The notes: generated by a model not told the origin, from the sequence alone. A stretch of DNA of 64,000 nucleotides from Methanotrichaceae archaeon (GCA_963813075.1 CAWEXU010000004.1:320001-384000), one strand, 5' to 3'. Shown: positions 30,801 through 42,556, counted from the stretch's first letter. Numbers and translations are program-made.

Positions 30801-31193
30801 ATGGATAGGGAAATGAAGATCTTGCTGGTGGAGGATAATGCTGAGGACATCGCATTTACCAGGCGGGTCTTAAAGCACAATAATCTGATGGGAAATCTTT
30901 TTGTCGCCACCAACGGCACGGAGGCACTTCTTGCCCTGCAGAGCGAGGACGAAAGCGATCTGCCCGATCTGATCCTGCTGGACATAAACCTGCCCGATAT
31001 CAGTGGCATAGACCTCCTCACCCGGATGAAGAAGGACGAAAGGCTGAAAGATATATCTGTGGTCATTCTCACCGGCTCAAATGAGGATCAGGACATTCAG
31101 AAAAGCTATGATCTGGGGGCGAAGAGCTATCTGGTCAAACCCATATCCAACGATGCCCTGATGCTGGTCATTGAGAAGCTATTCCATCCCTGA
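30801..31193 (+). CDS. Single-domain response regulator (Rcp1-like)
   Basis: ILLVEDN, PDLILLDINLP, VILTGS, YLVKP. Confidence 0.92.
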   Translation: MDREMKILLVEDNAEDIAFTRRVLKHNNLMGNLFVATNGTEALLALQSEDESDLPDLILLDINLPDISGIDLLTRMKKDERLKDISVVILTGSNEDQDIQKSYDLGAKSYLVKPISNDALMLVIEKLFHP

Positions 31194-32034
31194 AATAAGA
31201 GCCCTGGCAACATCCAGATTTCCTTTATCATCCCGGCGCGAGTCCACCGGCGTTTCCATTATCATCGCTCTCTTCCCGCAGGAGAGGATGGCAGAGGATT
31301 GACCGGAATCCCTCCAGGCCGATCTGACCCAGGCCGATGTGCTCATGCCGGTCCAGGTGGGAGCCAAGGGTGCCCCGGCAGTCGTTCAGATGGACCAGCT
31401 TTAGCCTTTTTGGGTCTATACAGCTCTCGAACTCCTCCAGGGTCTTATCCAGGGCAGGAGGGGTGCGAAGATCATATCCGGCAGCAAACAGGTGACAGGT
31501 GTCCAGGCATACTCCCAGTCTGCTGGACTGGCCGGGGAGGGAATCGATGATGGAGGCAATATCATTAAATGTGCTACCCATACTGTTTTTTGTGCCGGCG
31601 CTGTTCTCCAACAGGATCACCGCCTCACCCCCCGAATGGCTGATAGCTTTCATCAGGGCCTCGGCTATCCTCTCCCGGCCCCTCTCCATTTCTGTGCCGA
31701 GATTGCTGCCCAGGTGGGTAACAATATACGGTATACCCAATAGCCGGCAGCGCATCAGCTCATCGGTCAGAGCCTGGACCGACCGGGCATAGACCTCTTC
31801 CCGGGGAGAGGCGAGGTTGGGAAGATAGGGCATATGAGATACAATAGGATAGATATCATACTCTTTGAGCCGGGAAGCAAAGAGGTCTATGGATTCTGGG
31901 GTTATGGACTTTGATCTCCAGCTGCGTGGATTGGTGGTGAAGATCTGAAAGGCCTGGCATCCCCTTTCCCTCGCTCTGTCCACCGCCCTGTCCAGGCCGC
32001 CGGCCACAGAGACGTGCACTCCCAGTCTGACCAT
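31179..32034 (-). CDS. nfo: Endonuclease IV, frameshift near 31270
   Basis: GVHVS.AGG, HMPYLPNLAS, LENSAG, CLDTCH, HLND, DRHEHIG; C-terminal IMETP lies in another frame. Confidence 0.9.
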
Positions 32035-32121
32035 ACCCAGACCAATGATAGGGCAACGGATCAATCTTGCCCAACAGAAAAATTGATAAAAGATATTGGC
32101 AAAAGAGATAATCCGACCGCA

Positions 32122-32180
32122 ACGCCGATGATGATCGAGCAGTTCTGATGCTGTGATGAGCCCTATGAGTCCTGAGGCGT
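32122..32180 (+). ncRNA. Box C/D guide sRNA (sR-tMet-like, predicted Cm34 of elongator pre-tRNA-Met)
   Basis: ACGCC/GGCGT stem; C ATGATGA 32128, D' CTGA 32145, C' GTGATGA 32153, D CTGA 32172; D guide GCCCTATGAGTC is complementary to GACTCATAGGGC. Confidence 0.88.
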
Positions 32181-32214
32181 GCGATTATTCCTGATGCGTG
32201 CGATTATCTTATAT

Positions 32215-32523
32215 TCACGCGGCCTTGCGCGCCCCGGCCCAGCGGCTGATATTGTCGATCAGGTTCAGCTCCAGGATCTTTTTCGTATCATAAAGCATAT
32301 CAGACACTTCATTGAGGGAGAAGGCTTTCTTCTGGCCGTTCTTGTCGACTACCTCCATCTTTTCATCGGGCAGCGTGCGTCCCAATTCCCGCATCATGAG
32401 CGCCAGGTCTGAGCATCCTTTTTTAAGATACTTTATAGAGTAATCCGACGTGGCCTGCCTGTCGCTGAGGTTTCGATTGACCTCTTTTATGGACCAGCAA
32501 ATGGTGAGAATATCCCCGTACAT
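32215..32523 (-). CDS. Hypothetical protein
   Basis: 102 aa ORF with upstream AGGTG RBS-like and TTTAAATA TATA-like elements. Confidence 0.7.
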   Translation of the reverse strand: MYGDILTICWSIKEVNRNLSDRQATSDYSIKYLKKGCSDLALMMRELGRTLPDEKMEVVDKNGQKKAFSLNEVSDMLYDTKKILELNLIDNISRWAGARKAA

Positions 32524-32586
32524 CTCGGCACCTAAAAGTTGGTTTATATCAGAGATATTTAAACGCTGTGGAGAGTGAGAAAAAGG

Positions 32587-32789
32587 TGGGGCTGGTGAGA
32601 TTCGAACTCACGATCGACGGGTATCTCCGATACTGAAGTCATTACAGGGATTGCGCCCATGTAACAACCCATTTCAGTGCTCCAACGGATCATCAACGAC
32701 CTCCCCGTCGAGAGATCTCAGTAGACCCGTTGCTCATCATTAAATATACCGCTGGAGCCCATCGCCCTACCTGGCTAGGCCACAGCCCC
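32587..32789 (-). tRNA. tRNA-Trp(CCA) with 129-nt intron (32623-32751) at position 37/38
   Basis: Exons GGGGCTGTGGCCTAGCC..ATGGG-CT-CCA-G / A-CCCGT..GTTCGAAT..AGCCCCA; bulge-helix-bulge with CTCC/GGAG core. Confidence 0.95.
32623..32751 (-). ncRNA. Intron-encoded box C/D guide RNA of pre-tRNA-Trp
   Basis: ATGATGA, CTGA, TTGATGA, CTGA boxes; guides ACGGGTCT and CCGTTGGAGC match the host tRNA, with the +5 rule pointing to C39 and C34. Confidence 0.9.
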
Positions 32790-32799
32790 GGTTTTAAAG

Positions 32800-32873
32800 C
32801 GGGCCGAGAGGGATTTGAACCCCCGACCTAAAGGTTAAGAGCCTTTCGCTCTGCCTGACTAAGCTACCGGCCC
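32800..32873 (-). tRNA. tRNA-Lys(CTT)
   Basis: GGGCCGGTAGCTTAG..AAAGG-CT-CTT-AA-CCTTT..GGTTCAAATCCC; 10 nt upstream of tRNA-Trp, likely co-transcribed. Confidence 0.95.
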
Positions 32874-33062
32874 GGACCCCACAATGATGATGCTAGATAT
32901 ATACGTTTCGGGTGAAGCGGTGACATGAGGGGCTCTGCACCAGAGCTGCATATGCTTTTGCCAAGAGGCCAGGCTGATCGTTCGCCGCGTACAGCTACAG
33001 GCTCAGAAAAAATGCCGTTGATAGCTCAGACAGGGCCTCATAAATGGCATGAAAAATGGCAT

Positions 33063-33092
33063 GAAAAATAAGGGGGCAGAATCCATGCCCCT
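33063..33092 (-). terminator. Probable glnA terminator
   Basis: GGGGC/GCCCC hairpin followed by a T-run on the minus strand just after the stop. Confidence 0.45.
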
Positions 33093-33101
33093 AACATCCC
33101 T

Positions 33102-34427
33102 TCAATAGGTGTTGATGTACCGGTCGATCTCCCAGGGATGAACGAATTTATTGTACTCCTCCCACTCGAGCATTCCCAATCGCATAACGTTCTCATAGAC
33201 ATGCTCGCCCAGGGCCTCGCGTATCACCATATCCTTTTCCAGGCAGCTGAGAGCCTCCATAAGGTTCGAGGGCAGGGTCTTGATTCCCAGGGACTTTCGT
33301 TCGCTTTCCGTGAGATGGTATACATTCAGGTCTACCGGGTCGCCGGGATCAATGCCCCTCTTAATTCCGTCCAGGCCCGCTGCCAGGACGACGGCGAATG
33401 TCAGATAAGGATTGCAGCTGGTATCAGGGGATCGGAACTCCAGGCGGGTGGAGAGGCCCCGGCCAGAGGGAATGCGGATCAGCGAGGAGCGGTTCGGCCC
33501 GGACCAGGTTATATAGACCGGTGCCTCAAATCCGGATACCAGCCTCTTATAAGAGTTGATAATAGGATTGGCGATGGCGGTAATGGCGCTGGCATGCTCA
33601 ATCAGCCCTCCCACAAAGAACCTGGCCAGATCGCTTATGTTCAGTGGGGTCTCGGGATCATAGAAGGCATTCTCCAGCCCCCGGAAGAGGGAGATGTTGA
33701 CATGCATACCGCTGCCTGCAGCGCCGAAAACGGGCTTGGGCATGAACGTCGCCCTCAGGCCCTGGCCCATGGCAATGGTCTTGGTGACGTACTTGAATGT
33801 CACCACCTTATCCGCGTTCTTGATGGCATCGTCATAGACGAAGTCTATCTCATGCTGGCCCCGGGCAACCTCGTGGTGAGAGGCCTCGATGGTGAAGCCC
33901 ATCTTGATCAGTGCCCTGGTTATCTCCCGGCGCACGTCCTCTGCCAGGTCCACCGGGCCCAGGTCGAAGTAGCCCCCAAAGTCGTGTGGAGTGGTAGCAG
34001 AGCCGCCATTGCTCCTCTCAAAGAGGAAGAACTCCAGCTCCGGGCCGACGTTCATCTTGAAGCCCATCTCCTTCGCCCGCTCCAGCTGCCGGTACAGCAC
34101 CCGGCGGGGAGAGCCCTCGAAAGGCTGTCCATTGGGAAGATACACATCGCATATCAATCGAGCCTCATTGGCCCCGTCTTTGGTGCTCCAGGGAAGGAGG
34201 CTGAATGTGGACAGGTCGGGCCGGAGGACCATATCAGACTCCTGGATTCTGGCGAAGCCCTCTATGGATGATCCGTCAAAGGATATGCCGCTCTTCAAAG
34301 CCTTTCCCATCTGGGTGGCGGGAATGGCGACATTCTTCACTATTCCCGATATATCTGTGAACTGCAACCGGAGGGACTCGACGTTCTTCTCCTGAATGGT
34401 CTTAAGCATCTGCTCTTGGGAATACAT
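33102..34427 (-). CDS. glnA: Glutamine synthetase type I
   Basis: FDGSSIEGF, GPELEFFLF, HHEVA.GQHE, FMPKP, GSGMH, NRSSLIRIP, EFRSPD; start taken at MYSQE. Confidence 0.96.
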   Translation of the reverse strand: MYSQEQMLKTIQEKNVESLRLQFTDISGIVKNVAIPATQMGKALKSGISFDGSSIEGFARIQESDMVLRPDLSTFSLLPWSTKDGANEARLICDVYLPNGQPFEGSPRRVLYRQLERAKEMGFKMNVGPELEFFLFERSNGGSATTPHDFGGYFDLGPVDLAEDVRREITRALIKMGFTIEASHHEVARGQHEIDFVYDDAIKNADKVVTFKYVTKTIAMGQGLRATFMPKPVFGAAGSGMHVNISLFRGLENAFYDPETPLNISDLARFFVGGLIEHASAITAIANPIINSYKRLVSGFEAPVYITWSGPNRSSLIRIPSGRGLSTRLEFRSPDTSCNPYLTFAVVLAAGLDGIKRGIDPGDPVDLNVYHLTESERKSLGIKTLPSNLMEALSCLEKDMVIREALGEHVYENVMRLGMLEWEEYNKFVHPWEIDRYINTY

Positions 34428-34646
34428 TCCGTTATCATCTCCTGCGCGACCCGCAAGACATTCTGCAACCTGCAGAAACTTGTGGAGGTAGGCCAGAGCC
34501 ATACCCTGGCATCAATGAAGATATAGGACTTTGCCTCGACCCGGTATTTTAAATAGCTAACCGATGAGAAACGGCCCGCCTGAATTCGCAGGGAGTTGTT
34601 GAAGAAAAAACGCGCAAATACGCTTATCTAGGGTTAAAATCTTCAA

Positions 34647-36074
34647 ATGGATCTGATGTCCGGCAAGAGAGTTCTGGTAGTGGATGCAGGGGGCAGAGGA
34701 AATGCCATAGCCCATGCCTTTGCCCGGAGCGAGGCGGTGGATAGGGTCTTTGTGGCCCCAGGCAATGCAGGCAGCGAGATGATTGAAAAGTGCCGCCTGG
34801 CACAGGTCGGGGATAAGGTGCCCAGGAGCATCTCAGAGTTGCTCGCTTTTGTGAAAAAGGAGAAAGTCGATCTTACCTTTGTGGGTCCAGAGGGCTATCT
34901 ATCCGAGGGGATCGTGGATATTTTCCAGGAAGAGGGCCAGAGGATTCTGGGGCCAAAAAAGGAGGCGGCAGTGCTGGAGAACAGCAAATGCCGAACCAAG
35001 GAGCTTCTCAAAAAGCTCAATGTCCCGGTTCCCCCCTGCCAGAACTTCAGCGACCCAGAAGAGGCAAAAGAGTATGTCCGGCAGCGCTGGGCTGAGGACC
35101 CTGGGAGGGGATTGGTGGTCAAGGCGGACGGCCTGGCTGCGGGAAAAGGCTCCATCGTCTGCGCCACCCCCCAGGAGGCTGCCTCGGCCATCGAGCGGAT
35201 CATGGAAAATCCCAGGCTTTTTGGCGCGGCTGGAGAGCGGATAGAGGTCGAGGACCGGCTGGAGGGCAAGGAGCTGATGTTCTTCGCCCTGAGCGACGGC
35301 CACACCGTCCAGGCGATGCAGTCCGCCCTGGACTATAAGCAGGCTTTCTCTCCGGATGAGGGTGTTGCCATCCGCCTCTTCAACAAGCTGGCAGACAATC
35401 CCAACCAGGACAATAACCCCAATACCGGTGGCATGGGAGGCTTCTCTCCTCACCCCTGGCTGGACGGGGAGCTGGCGGAAAGGATAATGAAAAAAATAGC
35501 CGTCCCCACAGTGCGCGGCTTCAAAGAGAGCTGCGGCCAGGAGTACCGGGGGGTGATCTACTTCGGCCTGATGATCTCCGAGGATCGGGAGCCGTCCGTC
35601 CTGGAGATCAATGTCCGCCTTGGAGACCCGGAGGCCGAAGTTATCCTGCCAAGGCTCCAGACGGACTTCTACCAGCTCTCCCTGGCAGTGGTGGACGGAA
35701 GGCTGGATGAGGTTCCTTTGCAGTGGTCGGATGACTTCTGCCTGGGAATATGCGCCATATCCGGCCGGGCGATTAAATCCCTCTCATCCACAGGCCCGGA
35801 GCGGCCCGGCTATCCGGGCGAGCACTACACCAATATGCCCATCACCGGCCTGGATAAGGTGGACCCGGAGGTCATAGTCTATCACAATGGCACCGCCTGG
35901 GGCACCGACTCCGCGGGAAGGAGGAGGCTGTACACCACCGGCGGTCGGGTCTTCACCCTGGTCGCCCGGGGCAAGAGCCTGGCCGAGGCCAGGGCGAAAG
36001 CATATGAGAACATCAAACGGGTGCGGTTCAATGGAATGCGCTACAGGAAAGACATCGGCCTGGGTTATATCTGA
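34647..36074 (+). CDS. purD: Phosphoribosylamine-glycine ligase
   Basis: GGRGNA, APGNAG, VGPE, KADGLAAGKG, PNTGGMG, LEINVRLGDPE, TGGRV. Confidence 0.94.
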   Translation: MDLMSGKRVLVVDAGGRGNAIAHAFARSEAVDRVFVAPGNAGSEMIEKCRLAQVGDKVPRSISELLAFVKKEKVDLTFVGPEGYLSEGIVDIFQEEGQRILGPKKEAAVLENSKCRTKELLKKLNVPVPPCQNFSDPEEAKEYVRQRWAEDPGRGLVVKADGLAAGKGSIVCATPQEAASAIERIMENPRLFGAAGERIEVEDRLEGKELMFFALSDGHTVQAMQSALDYKQAFSPDEGVAIRLFNKLADNPNQDNNPNTGGMGGFSPHPWLDGELAERIMKKIAVPTVRGFKESCGQEYRGVIYFGLMISEDREPSVLEINVRLGDPEAEVILPRLQTDFYQLSLAVVDGRLDEVPLQWSDDFCLGICAISGRAIKSLSSTGPERPGYPGEHYTNMPITGLDKVDPEVIVYHNGTAWGTDSAGRRRLYTTGGRVFTLVARGKSLAEARAKAYENIKRVRFNGMRYRKDIGLGYI

Positions 36075-36112
36075 TTGAGATCCGAGGAATGTGCATTTAG
36101 GAGCGACATAGA

Positions 36113-37086
<974 letters not shown>

Positions 37087-37100
37087 TCGTTGGCCCTATT

Positions 37101-37787
37101 TCATCGATTCCGGCCCATTCGGCTACGATCTTGGCCACGGATCTTTTCTTTTGGAGGCACCATGTTCAGCATGACCGAATATCTGCCCTCGTTGGGTGGG
37201 CGGTAGATCTCCAGCTCCCCCCGGCCTACGGTGCCCTCGGGGGATGTGGATACGGTCAGATTGATACTGCCAAGGTTGGCGGAATCATTGCCCGCGGAGA
37301 GGGAGTCGATATCGGCCAGGTCGGCCTGGATGTAGGTGGAGTTGTTCGGTGCGGGATGGGATTGGATATTGGTGGCCGCGAAAAGGCGATGGTCGAAGAC
37401 CAGGCTGCCCCGATAGATCTCATTTCCTGCGCTTTTTCGGATATCATCCCGGATCTCCTCCAGGCTCTTGTTGGAGGCTACCAGATCGCGGATCTGCCCG
37501 GGCTGCACCGGCAGCAGGATCTCTACCTTCAGCCGGAGGGGAAAAGACTCATTTCCCCTAATGGCAAAGCCATGTCCGCTGAACAATAAATCAACCGGCA
37601 GGCCCATGGGTGGATCTGCATTCCGATATAGCATCTCGCCTTCACTCTGTTTCGGGCTCATCTGACCATTGCCGCCCTCAAATCCTTCCATCTGATCGGC
37701 CTGAACCGCATCCGCAAGGCCGAATGATATCAAGCCCGCCATAGAGCATAGCCAGAGCCGGATAGAGAAATCCTCTGCCAACTTCAT
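37101..37787 (-). CDS. Hypothetical secreted protein
   Basis: 228 aa with signal-like N-terminus (..FGLADAVQA). Confidence 0.65.
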   Translation of the reverse strand: MKLAEDFSIRLWLCSMAGLISFGLADAVQADQMEGFEGGNGQMSPKQSEGEMLYRNADPPMGLPVDLLFSGHGFAIRGNESFPLRLKVEILLPVQPGQIRDLVASNKSLEEIRDDIRKSAGNEIYRGSLVFDHRLFAATNIQSHPAPNNSTYIQADLADIDSLSAGNDSANLGSINLTVSTSPEGTVGRGELEIYRPPNEGRYSVMLNMVPPKEKIRGQDRSRMGRNR

Positions 37788-37876
37788 TCATCGAGATTCT
37801 CCTGCCAAATACTGACTGCAACTCAATCCAATTTAAACATCTCCAGAGGGGAAGAAAAGAAGGATGGACGGCAGAC

Positions 37877-38546
37877 TTTAACTTCTGCCGTGCACCATTT
37901 GGGGTGTAAGTCTGGGGCACTTCAGGCCACAAGTCGGCGGTACTGGATCGAGACCCAGTTGATGATTCCCTCTTTGGCCTGCAAATCTCTGCTCTCATTG
38001 ATCAGCTCACTTATGGTCATATTATTCTGGGCCTCCACCTTTTCCTGCCACAGATCGCGGATCTCATTGAGGGTCATGTTGTCCAGTTCCTGCATCTTTT
38101 TCTCATTCAGATCCAGGATCTGATTGAGGCTCATCTCGCCCAGCTCTTCTGTAGTGACGTCGTCCATCAGCAAAAGGGCATTGGATCCCGAGGCCAGGAA
38201 GCCATAGCAGCTGGGCCCGGCAAAGAGGGGTTTCCCTGCAGCCACGGCCCGGCCGCCAGCAGCATTCATCTGCCCATCAAGTGGCATTCTCATGATCCTG
38301 GCCTGCAATGCAGTTCTGCCCTTCAGGTGAGCAGTTCTGGGCGATCTTTTCCCTCTCCCTTATCTCCCCGAGGGTCATGTTCCCCAGCTCTTCAGATGTT
38401 ACATTATTCAGAGCGAAGATCATTTTGCCCTGCCCGTGCATTCCCATTCCTCTATCCATGGGCATGGATAATGCCCCCGAGATAAGGAGACAGGCAGCCG
38501 CTATAGTGATCAGGGCCATTCTGCGGCTCATTTCAATAGAGTTCAT
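37877..38546 (-). CDS. Hypothetical secreted protein with internal EEL..MTL.EI repeats, frameshift(s)
   Basis: ORFs 38277-38546 (signal peptide) and 37922-38308 share the repeat VT.EELG.M(T/S)L; 3' end approximate. Confidence 0.6.
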
Positions 38547-38748
38547 TTTTATACTACCTCTCGAATTTACTACCACACTATATTTCCACTCTCGATTCGG
38601 TTTAACAACATTTTTTCTTCCCGGAAAGGAGCTCTGCCCTTCCGGCAATACCACCTCCATCTGAACGATAGAAAAAATAAGAGCAGAACGAACCATCAAA
38701 AATGAGAAGGGAACGATGCCCTTGAGCCTGGCCCGAAGAAATAATGGA

Positions 38749-40065
38749 TTAAGAACGTTCCCTTTGGGATAAAAACCACTCAGAAAGTTCTATTATGTTT
38801 GTCCTCCCCCATTCCTTCTTAGTAACCAGCCGTCTCCTCTCTAAAGAGATCTAAAATGCCGGTTAGAGACGATTTAGGGGTTCTGGTCTCATATCTGATA
38901 TCCGCCTGCGTCATTCTGCCCCCGTGCTCGACCAGGGTGGTTATCACCGCCTGCTCTCTGGGGGTCAGGGTCTGAATGACCGCCTCCATCTCCCGGCTCA
39001 ACTGGATTCTCTTTTCCTCCCCTGGCTTAATGGCGGCCATTTCAGAGGCTTGATCCAGGTCAGCATCAGGTTGCCTGCCGGACCGGTCAGGTTCCTCGAT
39101 ATCCTCTGAGCCCAGGACAGAGGCATCATCGCCCGAATGAGATGGAGGGACGATGCCACTTCCGTCCGCGAAAGTATCGGCGAAAGACGAGGAAGAGACG
39201 GGTGGGTGGCCGCCATCCGCCTCATCGGCAAGAGCGACTTTCTCGGCAGCAGATGGGCTGACAGCACTCGAGCCCTCATTTTGGGATCGATCCAGGCTGG
39301 CCGGGCATTCGTCCCTGCTCGCTGCAGGAGGCAAGTGCCGAGGGGGGGACGGGATCTCTTCTGCTTTTCCAGGAGGAGAGGGGCTGGCAGGCGGGTGGAA
39401 CCTGCGCCTCCAGAGGATCACCCCCAGAGCCGATCCCATGGCCAGAACGAATGCCCCCACCAGGAACAGGAGGAGATTGATATCCGTGCCTGGATCGCCA
39501 GGAGGAAGGCCGGGGGGGACGGCAGGAGGAGAGAAGGGTGCCGGTCCTGTAGCCAGTGGTTGCTGATATTGAATGGAGATCGAAGGATCCTGAACCTCAT
39601 AGCCCTGCACATCGGCTACAAGGGAATCATTGAAGGCGGAGAGATGATACTGGAGGCCGGATGAGGCGTTGATCTGTCCCAGTCGCATATCACCGGGCAG
39701 ATAAAAGGTGATCCTATAGTCCTCGAAGACGCCCACGGCATCCAAATTCAGCGTCCAGAGCTGGCTGGACTTTGCGGTCAGGCCGTCGGTGAGGGCATAA
39801 AGCCTGTGAGTATCGTTCTCATACTGGTACTCAGAGGTAGCGAGAAACTCCAGGCCGGATATATCATCGGCATAGCCGGTAACCAGGGCTTTTCCCGCCG
39901 GGTCCAGATAGACATTGAGAAAGAGGCTATCCTGCCTGGACGCTCCCTCTGCTGCCAGAGAGGGGGACAAAGTTGAGAGAATAAAGATATGCCGACCAGG
40001 AAAATGCCGGCCAGGAGAGCGATTTGTCTGCGTTTAGTACGTCTCCTGTCGATACATATTCTCAT
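38749..40065 (-). CDS. Membrane-anchored HTH regulator (signal peptide, extracellular beta domain, TM, Pro-rich linker, wHTH); two frameshifts
   Basis: TM LLLFLVGAFVLAMGSALGVILWRRR; LTPREQAVI..HGGRMTQADI..PKSSL; tail KEWGRTNIIELSEWF..RERS* in another frame. Confidence 0.75.
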
Positions 40066-40218
40066 AGCGTATACCGTCTTTAGCCAGGATCTATTTAAAA
40101 TTACTCGGAATTCAATGTCCTTTCGGCGGGCAGAACTCCTGCAGATCTATTCCGCTAATTGTCTATCTTTCCCCCCTAAATTCGCCGCCCTGTGAAGGCC
40201 CTCCTTGCCGTTTTTCAC

Positions 40219-41855
40219 TTAACCGCTCCTCCAGGCTACAGGCATCCTCCAGCCCCTTCCAAAGCTCCTATCGGTCACCTTCAGGCCGGGCGGGGCCTGA
40301 AGCCTCTTGAATTCGGCTTTCCCTGACCAGGGAGGTGACCTGGTCGATCACCGTCTCAGCAAATCCGGCGGCGAAGCAGATCCGCCCGGGACTGGTGCTC
40401 ATCGATATACCGCTTGAGGATCTCATCCAGGACCGGGTATGGCGGCAGGCTGTCCTGATCGGTCTGGCCGGGCCGCAGCTCCGCCGAGGGAGGCTTATTT
40501 ATGATGCTCGGGGGAATGATCGCCCGGCCGGAGGTGGAGTTGAGCCATTCTGCTATCCGGTAGACCATGGTCTTGGGCAGGTCGGAGATTGGGGCCAGGC
40601 CCCCGGCCAGATCGCCATAGATGGTGCAGTAGCCTACCAACAGCTCGGATTTGTTACCGGTGGCCAGGAGAATGGAGCCATACTTATTGGACAGGGCCAT
40701 GAGGAGAGTGGAGCGGATGCGGGCCTGGATGTTCTCCTCGGTGACGTCTTTAGGCCGCCCGGCGAAGTGCTCCCTCAGCTCTCGCTCATAGGAGTTCATG
40801 ATCTCAGTGATGGGGATGGTGACCGTTCTCATACCCAGGTTGGCCGCCAAAGCCTGGGCATCATCAATGCTCCTCTGGCTGGTGTAGGGCGAGGGCAGGA
40901 TCACCCCCAGTACGTTCTTCGGCCCCAGGGCACTGGCGGCTATGGCCGCCACCAGGGCGGAGTCGATCCCTCCAGATATCCCCAGGAGGACGGCAGAAAA
41001 GCCGCATTTATGCACATAATCCCTGGTGCCCAGGACCAGGGCCTGCCAGATCTCCGCTTCGGGGGCCAGGTCGCCAGTGGCTATGCTCTCTTCTGGCTCA
41101 TCCAGGTCTGCTACGATGATATCCTCTTCAAAACCCCGTCCCCGAACAGAAAGCCGGCCTGCGGCATCAAAAAAGCAGCTTCTGCCATCGAATATCAGCT
41201 CGTCGTTTCCGCCCACCTGGTTTACATAGAGGATGGGAAGGCTCCACTTCCGGGCGAGCCCGGAGAGCATTGCCTCCCGATATTGCTGCCCTCCCGCGGT
41301 GAAGGGGGAGGCGGACAGGTTGACTATAACATCAGCGCCTTTCGCCCGAAGCTCGGCAATGGGATCGAGCCGGTCCCGCCGTTCTTTGTCGCTGCTGTCC
41401 ATAAGAGGCTCGCCGATCAATATGCCCAGGGATTTGCCCTTGATCTGCAGAATTCGGGGCACCTCTCCCGGCTGGAAGTAGCGGCCCTCACAGAATAGAT
41501 CACTGCCAGGGAAGACTCTCTTCTGAAAGGTCTCCTCCACCTTCCCACCCCGGATCAGGGCGGCAGAGTTGAAAAGAGGTCGGCCCTGGCCAGTGTTGTT
41601 GGGCTCCGCCAGGCCCACCAGAACCGGAGGGAGATCTGCCAGCTCGCTAGCCAGCTCCCGCAAAGCCTGCCAGCACCGCTCTACAAATTCCTCATTGAGA
41701 AACAGGTCGCATGGAGGATAGCCGGTGAGGGCAAGCTCGGAGGTGACGGCTAAATCGAAATCCAAAGCGCCTCGGGCGGCTCTGACGATGAGATCACAAT
41801 TTCCGGCCAGGTCTCCCACGGTGGGGTTCAGCTGCAATAAGGCGACCTTCATCAT
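40219..41855 (-). CDS. nadE: Glutamine-dependent NAD+ synthase, frameshifted C-terminus
   Basis: QLNPTVGDL nitrilase domain; [43 protein letters not shown] in a shifted frame. Confidence 0.92.
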
Positions 41856-41873
41856 AGTCGTAAGCCGCGTCCT

Positions 41874-42230
41874 TTAGGGCGCGGTAGTTGAATTCCCGGC
41901 ATCTGCTTTTATCTGCGCTATCACCCGGCCTGACCTTTCGGTGAAGGCCTCTGCTGCATCATGAAGGGCGGCAACTGCGCCCTCTGGCCCCTCCTCCATA
42001 TCGGTGCTCACTAAGAGCATGGCATTGACGTCGGTCGAGGTCATCCAGGCGATATCCGAGCAGGCTATGCCCTCGCCAACATTGTCCTTGACCGCAGCCA
42101 GGAGAGCTTCCATCGCTGCCACAATCCTTTCCGGCTCTATCTGGGCGGGAATGATGATCTGCACCCCGGTCTCCAGATGAATCATGCCCATTCCCGGGCC
42201 GATGCTGGACTTCGCTTCTGTCTCGCTCAT
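41874..42230 (-). CDS. Hypothetical protein
   Basis: Likely start MSETEAK at 42230, the C-terminal part of the 248-aa ORF. Confidence 0.55.
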   Translation of the reverse strand: MSETEAKSSIGPGMGMIHLETGVQIIIPAQIEPERIVAAMEALLAAVKDNVGEGIACSDIAWMTSTDVNAMLLVSTDMEEGPEGAVAALHDAAEAFTERSGRVIAQIKADAGNSTTAP

Positions 42231-42556
42231 GAAGGAATATATGCACGGCAGGGGTTTATTAATCCCAGCTTTGCGAGATCCATACCCTGGCACGGTCAGC
42301 ACGATGGTATGCTTGCCCTTTATGATGCCAATCATCCTCGCGAAGCGAGAGAGGAATGGAAGCTTCGGGCCGTATGCCGGCTCGGTCAAGCTGCAATCTG
42401 CCCCGTGGCGTGAATACGAAGACCAGGATGCGTGCGCGACGAGCTGAAGGGGCGAGGCGAGGGAAGAATGCGAAAAGAGGCCAGGAGCACGAGGATGGGG
42501 CATGATCGAGGAAATGTCCAGCGGAAGAAATGCAGCGAGAAGACAGATGAGGTTTA

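Noticed and set aside
32883..32960. ATGATGA box C-like motif beside tRNA-Lys
   Set aside because: No correctly spaced D', C' and D boxes or terminal stem
34416..34432. GGAATACATTCC palindrome at the glnA start as an NrpR operator
   Set aside because: Spacer is 4 nt, not the GGAA-N6-TTCC consensus, and it overlaps the start codon
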